From Octopus sinensis (Eukaryota): a DNA stretch of 64,000 bases. Location: the NCBI RefSeq assembly GCF_006345805.1, contig NC_043011.1:28408464-28472463 (forward strand), written 5' to 3'. This document shows positions 39,561-52,219 of this stretch, in pieces (within the stretch, counting starts at the first letter, position 1; every line of letters starts with the position of its first letter). Both the position numbers and the translations under genes were made by a program. The notes beneath the pieces were generated by a model. That model did no database searches. It had not been told where the DNA came from and worked only from the letters and a program-made list of their open reading frames with translations.

Positions 39561-39774
39561 ATACCAAATATTACAATTGGAGGTAAGTCGATTACGTCGA
39601 CCCCACCCCAGGGCTCAGCTGGTCATTATTTTATTGTGTACTACAGGATAAAAGCAAAGTCAGCTTTCGTGGAATTTTAACTCGAACGTGAAAACGGACG
39701 AAGTGCTGCAAACAATTTTACTGGTGTGCTAACTGTTCTGTTAGCTTACTGTCTTAAAAAGACGATAAACGTCG

Positions 39775-40335
39775 CCCTTTTCAAGCCTAGCTAGGCTCAT
39801 GGGCCCGGTTTCTCAGTTTCTGTGGCGTATATGTCCCCCCCCCCCGAGCTGGACGGGACGCCAGTCCATCGCAGCGTAACTCAAGAAACAGGAAGAGAGA
39901 GTGAGAGAAAGTTGTGGCGAAAGAGTACAACAAGGGTCGCCACCACCCCCTGCCGGAGCATCGTGGAGCTTTTAGGTGTTTTTGCTCAATAAACACACAC
40001 AACGCCCGGTCTGGGAATCGAAACCGCGATCCGCCGACCGCGAGTCCGCTGCACTAACAATTGGGCCATGGTGCCTCCACACTAAATAAATGCGCCCTTT
40101 TAAAGTCTAGCCAGGCGCATGGGCCCGGTTTCCCGGTTTCTATGGCGTATGTGTTCCCCATCTGGACGGGACGCCAGTCCATCGCAGCGTTACTCATTTT
40201 TGCCAGCTGAGTGAACTGGAGCAACGTGAAATGAAGTGATTTGTTCAAGAACACAACGCGTCGCCCGGTCTAGGAATCGAAACCACAATCTTACGATCAT
40301 GGTGCTGACACCCTAACCACTAAGCCTCCACGCTT
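39775..40335 (-). mobile_element. Two tandem SINE family 3 copies with V-domain-like core
   Basis: rc of gctgcgatggactggcgtcccgtccag in both; tRNA-like heads. Confidence 0.85.
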
Positions 40336-40662
40336 ACCGTCATGAGTAGATCTTTAATATTGAACGAATTATTGTTGTTTTTTTCGTAAGTATTTTTAGT
40401 TTTATTCTTTAGTTGTTGTTTGTGCAGTTTTGTCATATTTGATATTAATAAAAATTCAGTCTTTTTTCCGATATTTAAAATTTGATTTAAAATATTTTCT
40501 TTCAATTTATCCGATTCCTTAAAAGCAATTTCAAAGAAATTAGCTTTAAATCGATAAATAAATCAAAATACAAACATCCGCGCGCGCATACACACACATG
40601 TATGTATGTATATATGTACGCATATATTCACGTATACACACACATACATATATATATATATA

Positions 40663-40830
40663 GTTAATCCAAACATGAAAACACAAAGAGAAAACACAAC
40701 AACGCGAGGACGTGGAACAAGTATAGTGCTATTGGACGCTCAGGAAAGGAATGAAAGGAGGATTTAACGTTTCGAGCGGAGCTCTTCGTCAGAAACGTAG
40801 AAAAAGGAAAGATCCAAAGAAGGGAAGACG
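40663..40830 (-). mobile_element. Family A short element
   Basis: Homologous to 520-660 and 54790-54975; 3' end on (TA)n. Confidence 0.8.
40763..40795 (-). ncRNA. Minimal type I hammerhead ribozyme motif
   Basis: UUU-CUGACGA-A-GAGC-UCC-GCUC-GAAAC-GUU^AAA; palindromic ACGU helix III. Confidence 0.7.
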
Positions 40831-40871
40831 TGCTTACATACAATATTACACACACACACACACACACACAC

Positions 40872-40903
<32 letters not shown>

Positions 40904-41052
40904 CATATATATATATATCACCAACGCACGGTCGCAACACCATATGGTTGTACCTCCAACCGTGCTGTTTACTGCTGTGATTTTTGCTACTAAGGTATCG
41001 GTTAAACTTTTGATTAATCTACTACAAGATTATTCATCTTTCTATTTCACAT

Positions 41053-41103
<51 letters not shown>

Positions 41104-41159
41104 ATATATATGATATATTTAAGTGTTGAGTATGTTTCATTTTCCGTCTCTATAGTTTG

Positions 41160-41196
<37 letters not shown>

Positions 41197-41733
41197 TTAT
41201 AATTATATTATTATTAAAATATTATAATGGAGAAATTATACAAAATGTATAAGTAGGTGATGAGTAAAGCACCGGCACAGATTATATTACCTGTTGTTAT
41301 CCGTAGATTTATTGTAGGAACTTCGTAGTAGCGGGTGAGGTAACAGTATTAATAAAATAAACGGATGGAATGGGTAAAAGCTTTTATTTTGTACGACACA
41401 TGTTTTGACCCGTTCTGTGTCTCTTCGGATTCATATATAAATAAAAAAAAAAAAAAAGAAGTCTCACTAGAGATGTTTTTATTTGGTTTTACGTACCGCT
41501 ATATGTCCATCAACTTTGGGAATGAGAAAAAGCAGAGAAAAATTGAAGCATGAAAGATTGAAATATGAAAGTGAAAATTATACATTCTAGTTAGAGAAAA
41601 TGACGTAAAGAGCCATCGCTGCTGTAGCTGTTAAGAAAAAGAAAAAGAAGTAGAAGTTGAAAGGAAGATAATACTTAGACGAATTTTTTTTGTATTCATG
41701 CTTAGACGCGCGCACAACACACACACACACACA

Positions 41734-41790
<57 letters not shown>

Positions 41791-43054
41791 GCACTTATAC
41801 ACACGCTCTCACACACACACACATCAAGTATATAGGTATATACATACAACTAGATACATACCCACACGTATGGACGAATACATGCATATATAGGTTTGTG
41901 TGTGTGTGTATAGGAACTCACACATACAGGTACACACGCCTATGTATACATAAATATACGCACATAGCGTAAATAAATATGTGCATACATTCGTATGTAA
42001 AGCGAGATACAGACGCCTGTACAAAGTTTGACACACGCACACGTGTTAATACACTAGCGTATACACATAAATAAATATATACACGCACATACATGTACAC
42101 ATACACACACACATATACATATATGTATGCATATACCCTTATAAATACACGTCCGCGTACACGTATATACACAAATTCACATTAATATATACATACACCT
42201 ACAAAAAACACAGGCACTATATATATGTGTGTGTGTGTGTGAGTATGTGTGTGTGTGTTTGTGTGTGTGTGTGGTGTGTGTGTGTGTGTGTGTGTGCAAA
42301 TATGTATCCAGGATTATATATATATGTGTGTGTGTGTGTTATTCATATTGTTCCTCTTGATGATCCTGTTGACGACGGCGGCAGAGGTGTTAGTGGTGAA
42401 TGTTGTTGCAGCGGTGGTGGTGGTGGTTGCTATTTCTGTGGAATATTTGTGGAGATTATCGAGCCGTAACGGTTCTCATTACTAACACTGCCAGGAACTA
42501 TTAATATAATGATTTACATCATTTCCTGCCAGCGTATTCAATGGATGTATTATTTAAAAGAAAACAATAAATAACGTACTTTGCGTGGTAGGATGATAGC
42601 CAATGAAAAATATGTAAAAGATAGTCATGACCTTGCTTACCGGAATTATGAAATATTTGCTTAGAAAATGTACAATATGGTTCGTTTCGTCGAGGAAAAC
42701 AAAAAACAAAAAGGAATTAAAGAATTTAGTGATGATAACTGCTTAAAAACAACAGGCATTGCAGCATTAGAATTTAAGTATTCTGCAAGAATATCACGAC
42801 AACAATATCAGTTGTTTAAAATTTTCTGCTAAAGCACAGGTCGCATCTCTACATATGCTTTGTTATTATCCTGAACTCATCAGCGATACATAGTCCTATC
42901 GGACCTGCTGAAGTCATGAAAAACGATTTTCTTATAACTGTACAGCCTTGTACAATGTTATACCCTACGGTGTAGTTGGGAAAGGAAATTAGAATTGTCC
43001 CGAAATAGTGAAATCTTTTCGAAATTGCATCTGTGGGGATAAAAGAAAATACGA

Positions 43055-43445
43055 ATACTCTTTTACTTGTTTCGGTCATTTGACTGTACCCATACTGGAG
43101 CACCGCCTTTAGTCCAGCAAATCGCCCCTAGGACTTATTCGTTGTAAGCCTAGTACTTATTCTATCGGTCTCTTTTGCCGAACCGCTAAGTTACGGGGAC
43201 GTAAACACACCAGCGATTTGGGGGGTACAAACACAGACACACAAACATATACACACACTCACACACATAAATATATATATATATATATACATATATACGA
43301 CGGGATTCTTTCAGTTTCCGTCTACCAAATCCACTCAGAAGGCTTTGGTCGGCCCGAGGCTATAGTAGAAGACACTTGCCCAAGGTGCCACGCAGTGGGA
43401 ACGAACCCGGAACCATGTGGTTGGTAAGCAACCTACTTACCACAT
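43055..43445 (-). mobile_element. SINE family 2
   Basis: Near full length. Confidence 0.9.
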
Positions 43446-44231
43446 GGACGGAAAATTTAAAATTTAACTAGAAATAAATATGGTGTCAACGATTACAAGG
43501 ATAAAGATTAACTCAGAAATTTGTCGTAAGAAAAAGTGTTTACGTGCAGAGATGTTTGATCCAAAAATGCAACTTTTTCATAATTCTGTATATCCGGTTG
43601 GCAATAAATCTGAGAGTCGTCAGGTCAGCATCTACACAAATTGTTCGTTATCCTTGTTGTTAGTTACGTCACTCTTTTCCAGTTCTTACAATCCAAAAGG
43701 ATGCTCGTAGCGTAATCACCATAAAACGTTCGATTAGTTTCTTGTTTCGAGAAAAGATCCGCATTAACTATTAAATGTTAATCGTATAGTCACGTCTAAT
43801 AGCCAGCGTAATCTGGATTAATGGCATGGTAAAGAGAGCACCAACACTTGAATCCGCTTCGTTCTTGACCTGCCCCAAAAAAGTAATATAACCATTTCCC
43901 AAATCTGTCCACAAAGCAACGTGGTTATACTACTTAAATGAATAATTACGTGACATTTGTGGTAGACGGCGAAACAAAATACACCTATAGTTTATAATTT
44001 TGTAAGCAATCTGAAGATTTTCTGGTATTAATCAACCCGACCGTCTATTATTATTTAACTAGGAAGCAAATCAAGCATCCACTCATAGGGTGGTGAAACT
44101 GGTGTTGGGTTGTGTCTCCGCACACAGGAGATGTATTAACGATCTCGTTGCAGCATAGTCATTTGATGTATAGAGCTTGTTGAAATTTCTTTTCAGACTT
44201 TGGGGAAATGTAACGGCCAAGAGGCGTTTGT

Positions 44232-44453
44232 ATGGCATTTTAAGTCCGTCTTACTCTTTTACTCGTTTCAATCGTTTGACTGCAGCCATGCTAGAGCACC
44301 ACCTTTCGTCGAACAGATCGACACCAGTATCTATTTTTTGTAAGCCTACTACTTATTACATCGTTTTCTTTTGTCGAACCGCTAATTTATGGGGACGTAA
44401 ACACACCAGCATCAGTTGTCAAGCGATGGTGGTGGGACAAACACAGACACACA

Positions 44454-44488
<35 letters not shown>

Positions 44489-44770
44489 AGAGTTCACGAA
44501 AAAAGCAAAAGACGAAGACAGGCGGTGTACAAAACAAACAGATGTATTAGTATAACGCTCATGAATAGAAAAAGTCTTTTATGTTTCGAAAGGGACACAG
44601 AAAAAAAAAGGAGAGAATAAAATGTGTGTAGTGGCTAACGATCTATCATGGCGACTGACGACGGGCTTCTGTCAGTTTCCACTCACAAGGTTGACCCGAG
44701 GATATTGTAGAAGACCCTTGCCCAAGGTTCCACGCAGAGGGACTGAAGCCGGAACCAAGTGGTTGGTAAG
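44232..44770 (-). mobile_element. SINE family 2 interrupted by a family B element
   Basis: SINE halves 44232-44462 and 44655-44770. Confidence 0.8.
44486..44653 (-). mobile_element. Family B short element with hammerhead core deleted
   Basis: Conserved ends; helix II and CUG..GA missing at about 44589. Confidence 0.75.
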
Positions 44771-44992
44771 ATTACCTTCACAATTCATTTCGAATTCAAT
44801 TCCACTGCGTGGCACTTTACGCAAGCGTTTTCTGGCAAATTTTGAGAATGAAATTCTCCTAGAGGGAACCTAATCTATAATCAAGTTTAACACCATCTTC
44901 TTTCTATTGGGACTTTAGAGCTCATTTCTCCTGGTTAAATAGTTGTATAAAAATTCATCGTAGCGACTTTGGTTTTATGTTTCTAACTTCAG

Positions 44993-45085
44993 GTAGTGGT
45001 CGGAGAGGAGACCTCATCTAGGCTCAGGAGGACAAACTGGTACCAAAATACATCTATAGCTCTTCTTCAACTTCAAAACAAAGAT
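44993..45085 (+). CDS. Candidate internal exon (VVVGEETSSRLRRTNWYQNTSIALLQLQNKD)
   Basis: Acceptor ttttatgtttctaacttcag|G; only phase 0 stays open; donor weak and uncertain. Confidence 0.3.
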
Positions 45086-45119
45086 GTTATTATTCTTTTG
45101 TAATCATATTATGTGTGTA

Positions 45120-45425
45120 GAGGCACATAGCCTAGTGGTTAAAGCAGGGGACTCGCGGTCGAGGGATCACGGTTCGAATATCAGACAAGGCGATACGTGT
45201 GTTTATGAGCGAAACACCTAAGCTCCACGCGTCTCCGGCAGAAGGTAATAGCGAACTTCTGCTAATTCTTTCGCCACAACTTTCTCCCACTCTTTCTCTC
45301 ACTATCTCCTCCTCCATCTTGCAGCTCACCTGCGAAAGACCGGCGTCCCGTCCAGGTGGGGAACCTATACGACAAGGAAACCGGGGAACCGACGCTTAAG
45401 AACCAGACATGGCTCGAGAAGGAAA
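45120..45425 (+). mobile_element. SINE family 3 with V-domain-like tail
   Basis: tRNA-like head; gaccggcgtcccgtccagg. Confidence 0.85.
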
Positions 45426-45746
45426 AAAATCATATTATGTCAACAGTGAAAGTTTTTGTTTTTTGAAATTATCTCTCTTTCTCATTCAGAGTTTCTAATA
45501 ATTATAACTAGGCGTTCGCTTTCCTTCTTTTATCATTTTACTTCTTTCACTAACTGAAACGAGGTCATGCTGATGCAGCGCCTTGAAGGGTTTAGTCAAT
45601 CCCAGTACTTATTAATTGTTTGTTTGGTACTTATTCTATCAACAACTATTGCCGAACTGCTAAGTTATAAGGACATAAACAAACCAAAATCGGTTGTCAT
45701 GCGGTGTGAGGGTCAAGCACAAACACACACACACAAACCATACACA

Positions 45747-45808
<62 letters not shown>

Positions 45809-45849
45809 ATATATACACCTAAGGTCCCCACATTGTTTCTGGCTACTCT

Positions 45850-46300
45850 GTCACGAGGAAATTCAAGAAGACATTAATTTATTCAGGGTTACACAGCTCC
45901 TTAACAACATAAATCATCGCACATGTCGCCCCCAATGCTGGTTTAGTAAACAAAATCTATGTCACAATCACATTTAAATTTATTTCTTGGCTCCTTTGTT
46001 TCAATTGTTCAAATACTTCTTCACTATCTTCATCTTCACTGAACGACTTTTGTATGTAACATTATCTGTCTACTAAGAGTCCGAAACGCGTCCGATGCGG
46101 TCCCATGTCTCTGGGATGAAGATCATAGTCTCTTCTCTTTCGACATACGAATATTCAAACTGATAAAACTCAATTTTCGAAATTGTCCCGACGTCTTATA
46201 CAGAATTACAAGTAATTTTCAATATATTTTTTACAATCTGTGTCTGCGAGAGATAATTTAATAAATCAAAAATTCGTCATCAACGGTATTCAATAAGCTT
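45850..46300 (+). mobile_element. Possible Penelope-like element 3' end
   Basis: EEIQEDINLFRVTQLLN loosely GIY-YIG-like; GAAACGCGTC hammerhead signature at 46083-46092. Confidence 0.3.
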
Positions 46301-46320
46301 CCGATGATTTATGCCCAAAT

Positions 46321-46369
<49 letters not shown>

Positions 46370-46376
46370 CATGTAC

Positions 46377-46421
<45 letters not shown>

Positions 46422-46452
46422 GTGTGTGTGTGTATGTGTGTGTGTGTATGTA

Positions 46453-46505
<53 letters not shown>

Positions 46506-46842
46506 ATATAGATATATATATTACATATGATTTTCTGGATGTAAATTTTACTGTATGCTTGCAGAATTAGATAGTAAGTTAGTCTGGAAATTTGCATAGA
46601 CGGTGATGGATTATAATTGACATCAGTCCATTTCATGATTAGAATCTCATTGGACAATTGCTGGTAGATGAGTCATCTCTTTCAATTAAAGGAGCTATTT
46701 TGCAATTAACTGCAAATGCCTGCTTTGCATACCAATACCGTATGTGATTTTGCACCTACGCTGTTTGCAAAATAAGTTGTTTTCATGATCTGTCAATTAA
46801 ACTTTTGCAGATTTTATCGTCACTTTAATATCTGCCAACTAT

Positions 46843-47040
46843 AAGGCGGTAAGCTGGCTGAATTGTTAGCACGCTGGGAAAAATGCTTGGCAGTATCTCG
46901 TCCGTTTATGTTCCGAGTTCAAATTCCGTCGGGGTTGACTTTGCTTTTCATACTTTCTAAGTCGATGAAGTAAATATCAGCTGAGCACCGGATTTGATGT
47001 AATCGACTTTCTCCCACCCTCAACATTATTGGCCTTCTAC
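46843..47040 (+). mobile_element. SINE family 1
   Basis: Head and core. Confidence 0.8.
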
Positions 47041-47304
47041 CAAAGCTTAAAACCAAATGTCTTCTAGCGTGATATTTCATTGAGATACTTTACTTGAAAA
47101 TTTTAATTAATTCCATAAGTTCTTACGCTTGGTGTTTATATTTGCTATTAGCTAAAGCAGAGTTCCTTTCATCTGAGGAAAAAATTGTAATTAGAGTTAT
47201 TCAGCTTATATTTGTTCGATCTCATTCTTATTTATTGGTTGTGAGTTCTATAAAATGCAGTGTTACTTATCCATGCATTGTTGCTGATGTAATATCATTG
47301 TGGA

Positions 47305-47682
47305 GGCGCAATGGCCCAGTGGTTAGGGCAGCGGACTCGCGGTCATAGGATCGCGGTTTCGATTCCCAGACCGGGCGTTGTGAGTGTTTATTGAGCGAAA
47401 ATACCTAAAGTTCCACGAGGCTCCGGCAGGGATGGTGGTGATCCCTGCTGTATTCTTTCACCACAACTTTCTCTCACTCTTACTTCTTGTTTCTGTTGTA
47501 CCTGTATTTCAAAGGGCCGGCCTTGTCACTCTCTGTGTCACGCTGAATATCCCCGAGAACTACGTTAAGGGTACACGTGTCTGTGGAGTGCTCAGCCACT
47601 TACACGTTAATTTCACGAGCAGGCTGTTCCGTTGATTCGGATCAACCGGAACCCTCGTCGTCGTAACCGACGGAGTGCTTCC
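47305..47682 (+). mobile_element. SINE family 3, full length with TSD
   Basis: aatatcattgtgga (47291-47304) / aatatcattataga (47683-47696). Confidence 0.92.
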
Positions 47683-47939
47683 AATATCATTATAGAGTGA
47701 CAATACATAAAATAATTAGGTGTAACTAACAAGCATAACTGCTAACAGTTATGTGGACGAGTCAATAAAAATACTCCATACTGCTGGATATGAATCAGCG
47801 GTCACTTAATCAATTTAAACAGGTGTTATATTTCACTTTAATAGTATAAAAATATTATTTCAGAGTAAAAAAAAAACATACACGAGCGCGCGCACATACA
47901 AAGTGATACATATAGGCGTGCATGTATGTGTTTATGCAT

Positions 47940-48258
47940 CCAACCCAGTGTATCACTGGTACTTATTTTATCGACTCCAAAAGGATGAAAAGCAAAGTCG
48001 ACCATTGCGAAATTTGAACTCATAACGTAAAAACGGATGAAGTGCCGCTAAGTAAGTATATATGTAAGTATATATATCAAAATTTATATTTATGTGCCTT
48101 AAAATGCATAGTTAATTTGAGGTACGAAATGATCTGTAGATACGAGAAAATGAGTTTATTTGTCCATTTTATATATGAAATAGGGGAGAACATCGTTGTT
48201 GAAACATGAGCATCCAGCGAGCATCCAGCGTACTACCGATTCTACCAGCTCGACGCCT
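47940..48258 (-). mobile_element. SINE family 1 split by an inverted insertion
   Basis: SINE 47940-48052 resumes at 48221-48258. Confidence 0.75.
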
Positions 48259-48529
48259 AAATTTATAAATCCTTTTTAAGATATACATTTTTAAACAGTG
48301 ACTGATTCGCTGGAGGCTCATGTTTCAACGACAATGTTCTCCCCTATTTCATATATATAATGGACAAATAAACTCATTTTCTCGTATCTACAGATCATTT
48401 CGAACCTCAAATTAACGATGCATTTTAAGGCACATAAATATAAATTTTGATCTATATACTTACATATGGAGACGCTTGTGTGCGTGTGTATAACTGTTTA
48501 CCTGAACGTCTGTTTATCTGTCCATCTAT

Positions 48530-48627
48530 CTACCTATCTACCTATCTACCTATCTATCTATCTGCCTGTCTATCTATTTATCTATCTGTTTATCCACGTA
48601 GATAGATAGATAGATAGATAGACAGAC

Positions 48628-48700
<73 letters not shown>
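48530..48700. repeat. (CTAT)n/(GATA)n microsatellites
   Basis: Direct reading. Confidence 0.9.
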
Positions 48701-48704
48701 TTCT

Positions 48705-49090
48705 ATCGTTTACGTCATTCAGTTATTCGATTGCGGCCAAGTTAAGGCACCACCGTAGAGGGTTTATCAAACAAATCAATCCCAGTACCCATCTTTTTGA
48801 AGTCTAGTATTTATTCTATCGTGCTCTTTTGCCGAACCGCTATATTACCTGAACATAAACAATACCGGTTGTCCTGCGATGATAGGGGACTCACACATAC
48901 ACAAAGACAAATACATACATACAAATATAAGTCTCTCTCTATATATATACATATATACACACGACGAGGTTCATTCAGTTTCTGCCTAACAAATCCACTA
49001 GAAAGCCTTTGATCGGCCCAGGGCTATAATAGAAAACACATAATCACGGTGCTACGCAGTGGAGTTGAGCCCGAAACCATGTGATTGGCC
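48705..49090 (-). mobile_element. SINE family 2, diverged
   Basis: Tail to head similarity. Confidence 0.7.
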
Positions 49091-49264
49091 TGCATATGTG
49101 TGTTTGCACGTATGTATGAATGTAGGGATGTATGCATTTGTTTATGTGTGTCTGAGTGTATTTATGCATGTATGCGCATATACATGTATGTGTACATGTA
49201 TGAAACGTATATATATATATATATATATACGTTTCATACATGTACACATACATGTATATGCGCA

Positions 49265-49466
49265 TATTTTTGGCTGACGCTCCGGCTAAACTAAAAGTCT
49301 TTTATGTTTCGAGTATATGCTCCTCTACGGAAGCAATATACGGAGAGCGAAAAAAACATATAGAAAAGAACAAACGTGTTCAAATTGAAGGTCACCATAT
49401 ACTGAAATGTATGTATGTATGTATGTATGTATGTATGTATGTATGTATGTATGTATGTACGTTGTA

Positions 49467-49523
<57 letters not shown>

Positions 49524-49805
49524 CATCCATACATAATACATACATCATACATAATACATAATTACATACATACAGACATACATACTACATACAACATATA
49601 TATTACATTTCAGTATATGGTGACCTTCAATTGAACACGTTGTTATTTTTTATATGTTTTTTCGCTATATAGATATGATTATATATAGTAGTAGAGGAGC
49701 ATATACTCGAAACATAAAAGACTTTAGTTTAGACCGGAGCGTCAGCCAAAAATATTGTTGCTTGTTTGTTTTTTACATCGTATTCGTGTGTTCATTTGTG
49801 CACCA
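49265..49805. mobile_element. Head-to-head pair of family B-related elements (49265-49410 minus, 49604-49805 plus)
   Basis: GTAGAGGAGCATATACTCGAAACATAAAAG in both orientations. Confidence 0.75.
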
Positions 49806-50045
49806 TACATGCATTCACTCCTTCATACATACATAACATAATGGGAATAAATACATACATACATACATACATACATACATACATACATACATACATACAT
49901 ACATACATACATACATACATACATACATACATAGATACATGCATGCATGCATATATTCAAACATACATGCGTGTGTATATGCATATGTGCGAATGTATAA
50001 AATGGATTCTAGTACAGATTCCATTTAAGAAATTTCACTTCCAAG

Positions 50046-50122
50046 TTACTGGTCAGCTTGACATTATACAAGAACACATTAGTCTGAAACGATCCCAGAA
50101 ATACGTGTTAGGGAACGAACAG
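50046..50122 (+). CDS. Candidate internal exon (VTGQLDIIQEHISLKRSQKYVLGNEQ)
   Basis: Acceptor tttcacttccaag|T, donor CAG|gtttac. Confidence 0.3.
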
Positions 50123-50518
50123 GTTTACATCACAGCAATGACTGCACCCATAGATGCAAATCCTCATTTCAGTTGAAGTGCTTTTTCAAACATTTTTGCT
50201 GTGTACGTATAGTACAATAGAAAGCGAGTTTATTGAATATTCCTTGATACGCAACTAACGATCTTTGCCTTCAGAGGACAGGTATGATATAATTGACACT
50301 TTCTAAATCACTTTATTTCTTATGCAATCTTTTCTGACGAAGTTAAGCGTGAAGTAAAACAGTTTTGTTAAAAGGAAAACACTAGCAATTTATTGACAGG
50401 AGTGCACTAGCAGAATGGAAGATTTACTTGTGCAGAAGCAACAATACATCCTATATTTTATCTTCGAAGTATATCTCGTATATAAATATGTGTTATATAT
50501 ATATATATATATATATCT

Positions 50519-50568
<50 letters not shown>

Positions 50569-50790
50569 AATGTACAGATATATGTAATATCCATATATAT
50601 GCACAAATATATATACATATTTAGTACATGTGTATATGTTATATAATGCATATGATATGTCTATATATATATGTATTATATATATAAGTATATATAGCGT
50701 ACATATACATATATCTATATAGTTTATATATGTATGATATAGATATATTACATATATGTATACGTGTATACATATATGTATATGTATGTA

Positions 50791-50855
<65 letters not shown>

Positions 50856-52088
50856 TTGAGCTTTTCGGGGTTTTTGCTTATGAGAAATCGATCTTTTCAA
50901 ACTCGTGCGGAATTGTTACAAAACCAGACAGAGATATATTCCAATCTATAAATAGACGGATTTCTTTTCGTGATATGCTGAACGTCATTCTTCCTTTTCA
51001 ATATGTATCTTAATATATATACTGCCGCACTTGAATTTGAGATACTCTTATCAAGTAAAGAAGTATAGTCAAATGCAATTTTAGCTTTCTGCCTAAAGTT
51101 TGTCATCACTTACAGTAATGTGACATTTCGTTTGCATAGTTGTTTTATAAAGTGTCATGAAGAAACGTCTTTTAATCTAATACTTAAATGATTCGGGAAA
51201 ATGACTAATTTTGAAAGCTATTTTTCACCAGAAACTGGAGCTAAATTTTGCTGCAGCTGCGACCGGATTGAATTTGTAAGCATTTTTCGCTAACTTCAGA
51301 ATATTTACAATAGTTTGTAACTTTTACTCAAGAAGCATCTCCAGTCTCATAATAACAGAGATTGTATTAGGATTTTCGATATTTAAATACAGGATGTCAA
51401 CATAACTTCTGATCTTCACCATATGTTCACATTCGTTGCCCATCGTCAGTTACGTTCCTAGTTAATTTAAGCGGAGCATGTTCTAAATTTAACGTCGGGC
51501 CACCCAAATCACCTAATGCTCTATCCTACTGTTATGGTGAAGGCCAAATTCCAGAGGATAAATGGTTATGACAAAACGCTGTCACCTAACAGAACATGAG
51601 CTCCAACACATGTGCAATAACTCGAATAACATTCATATGAGCTGACGGCAAATTCTATAGCCGTTTCCCCCTGTGCATTTAACGTGAGCGTAGACACCAC
51701 AGGACTTCAGTCCAAGGTCATTGTCCTATAAAATGACTACAATTTTGGATTTCATGTGTCTGTGCTGGTTAACAGAAACTTATCAATTTAACAATTCTTT
51801 TATAGTTCTTCAAATCACGAAATTAAAAGAAAAAAAGTACCTTCTGAACTAAGAAGCTGAAAGGTGTCTATTCTTCAGTCCTTTCAATCTGGGCTCCATA
51901 CACCCTATTCACTTCCGCTTAAGTTTCCTACTTTTATTGCTATTATTCTTGTTTAAAGTCAATGTAGACATTTGTTACTGTTAATGTTTAAACTTATCGT
52001 ACTGCAGACTGAAGATATTTTAGTCATGACCTTCGCTTATGTGTCTATATTTAATCCTACATTACCCTGCGTATTTTTCTTTTTTAAG

Positions 52089-52219
52089 ATAGTAGTGGTA
52101 ATTGCGGAATGTCCAACAGCTGTTTCGGGGGGCTTGGTAGTGCAAAATAATTATTCTAACTTGATTCCATCATCGGATACCACCAGCTTTCGTCTCCAGG
52201 GAAGAATTTTACAATTCAG
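52089..52219 (+). CDS. Candidate internal exon (IVVVIAECPTAVSGGLVVQNNYSNLIPSSDTTSFRLQGRILQF)
   Basis: Long pyrimidine tract then taag|A, donor CAG|gtgttg. Confidence 0.35.

Noticed and set aside
47305-47380. tRNA-like sequences at SINE heads (also 20091, 54378, and 52860-52935 minus)
   Set aside because: A/B-box-like remnants continuing into SINE bodies; no complete cloverleaf seen
51413-51565. About 50-codon open frame in GC-richer unique DNA
   Set aside because: No start or suitable acceptor and no recognisable motif
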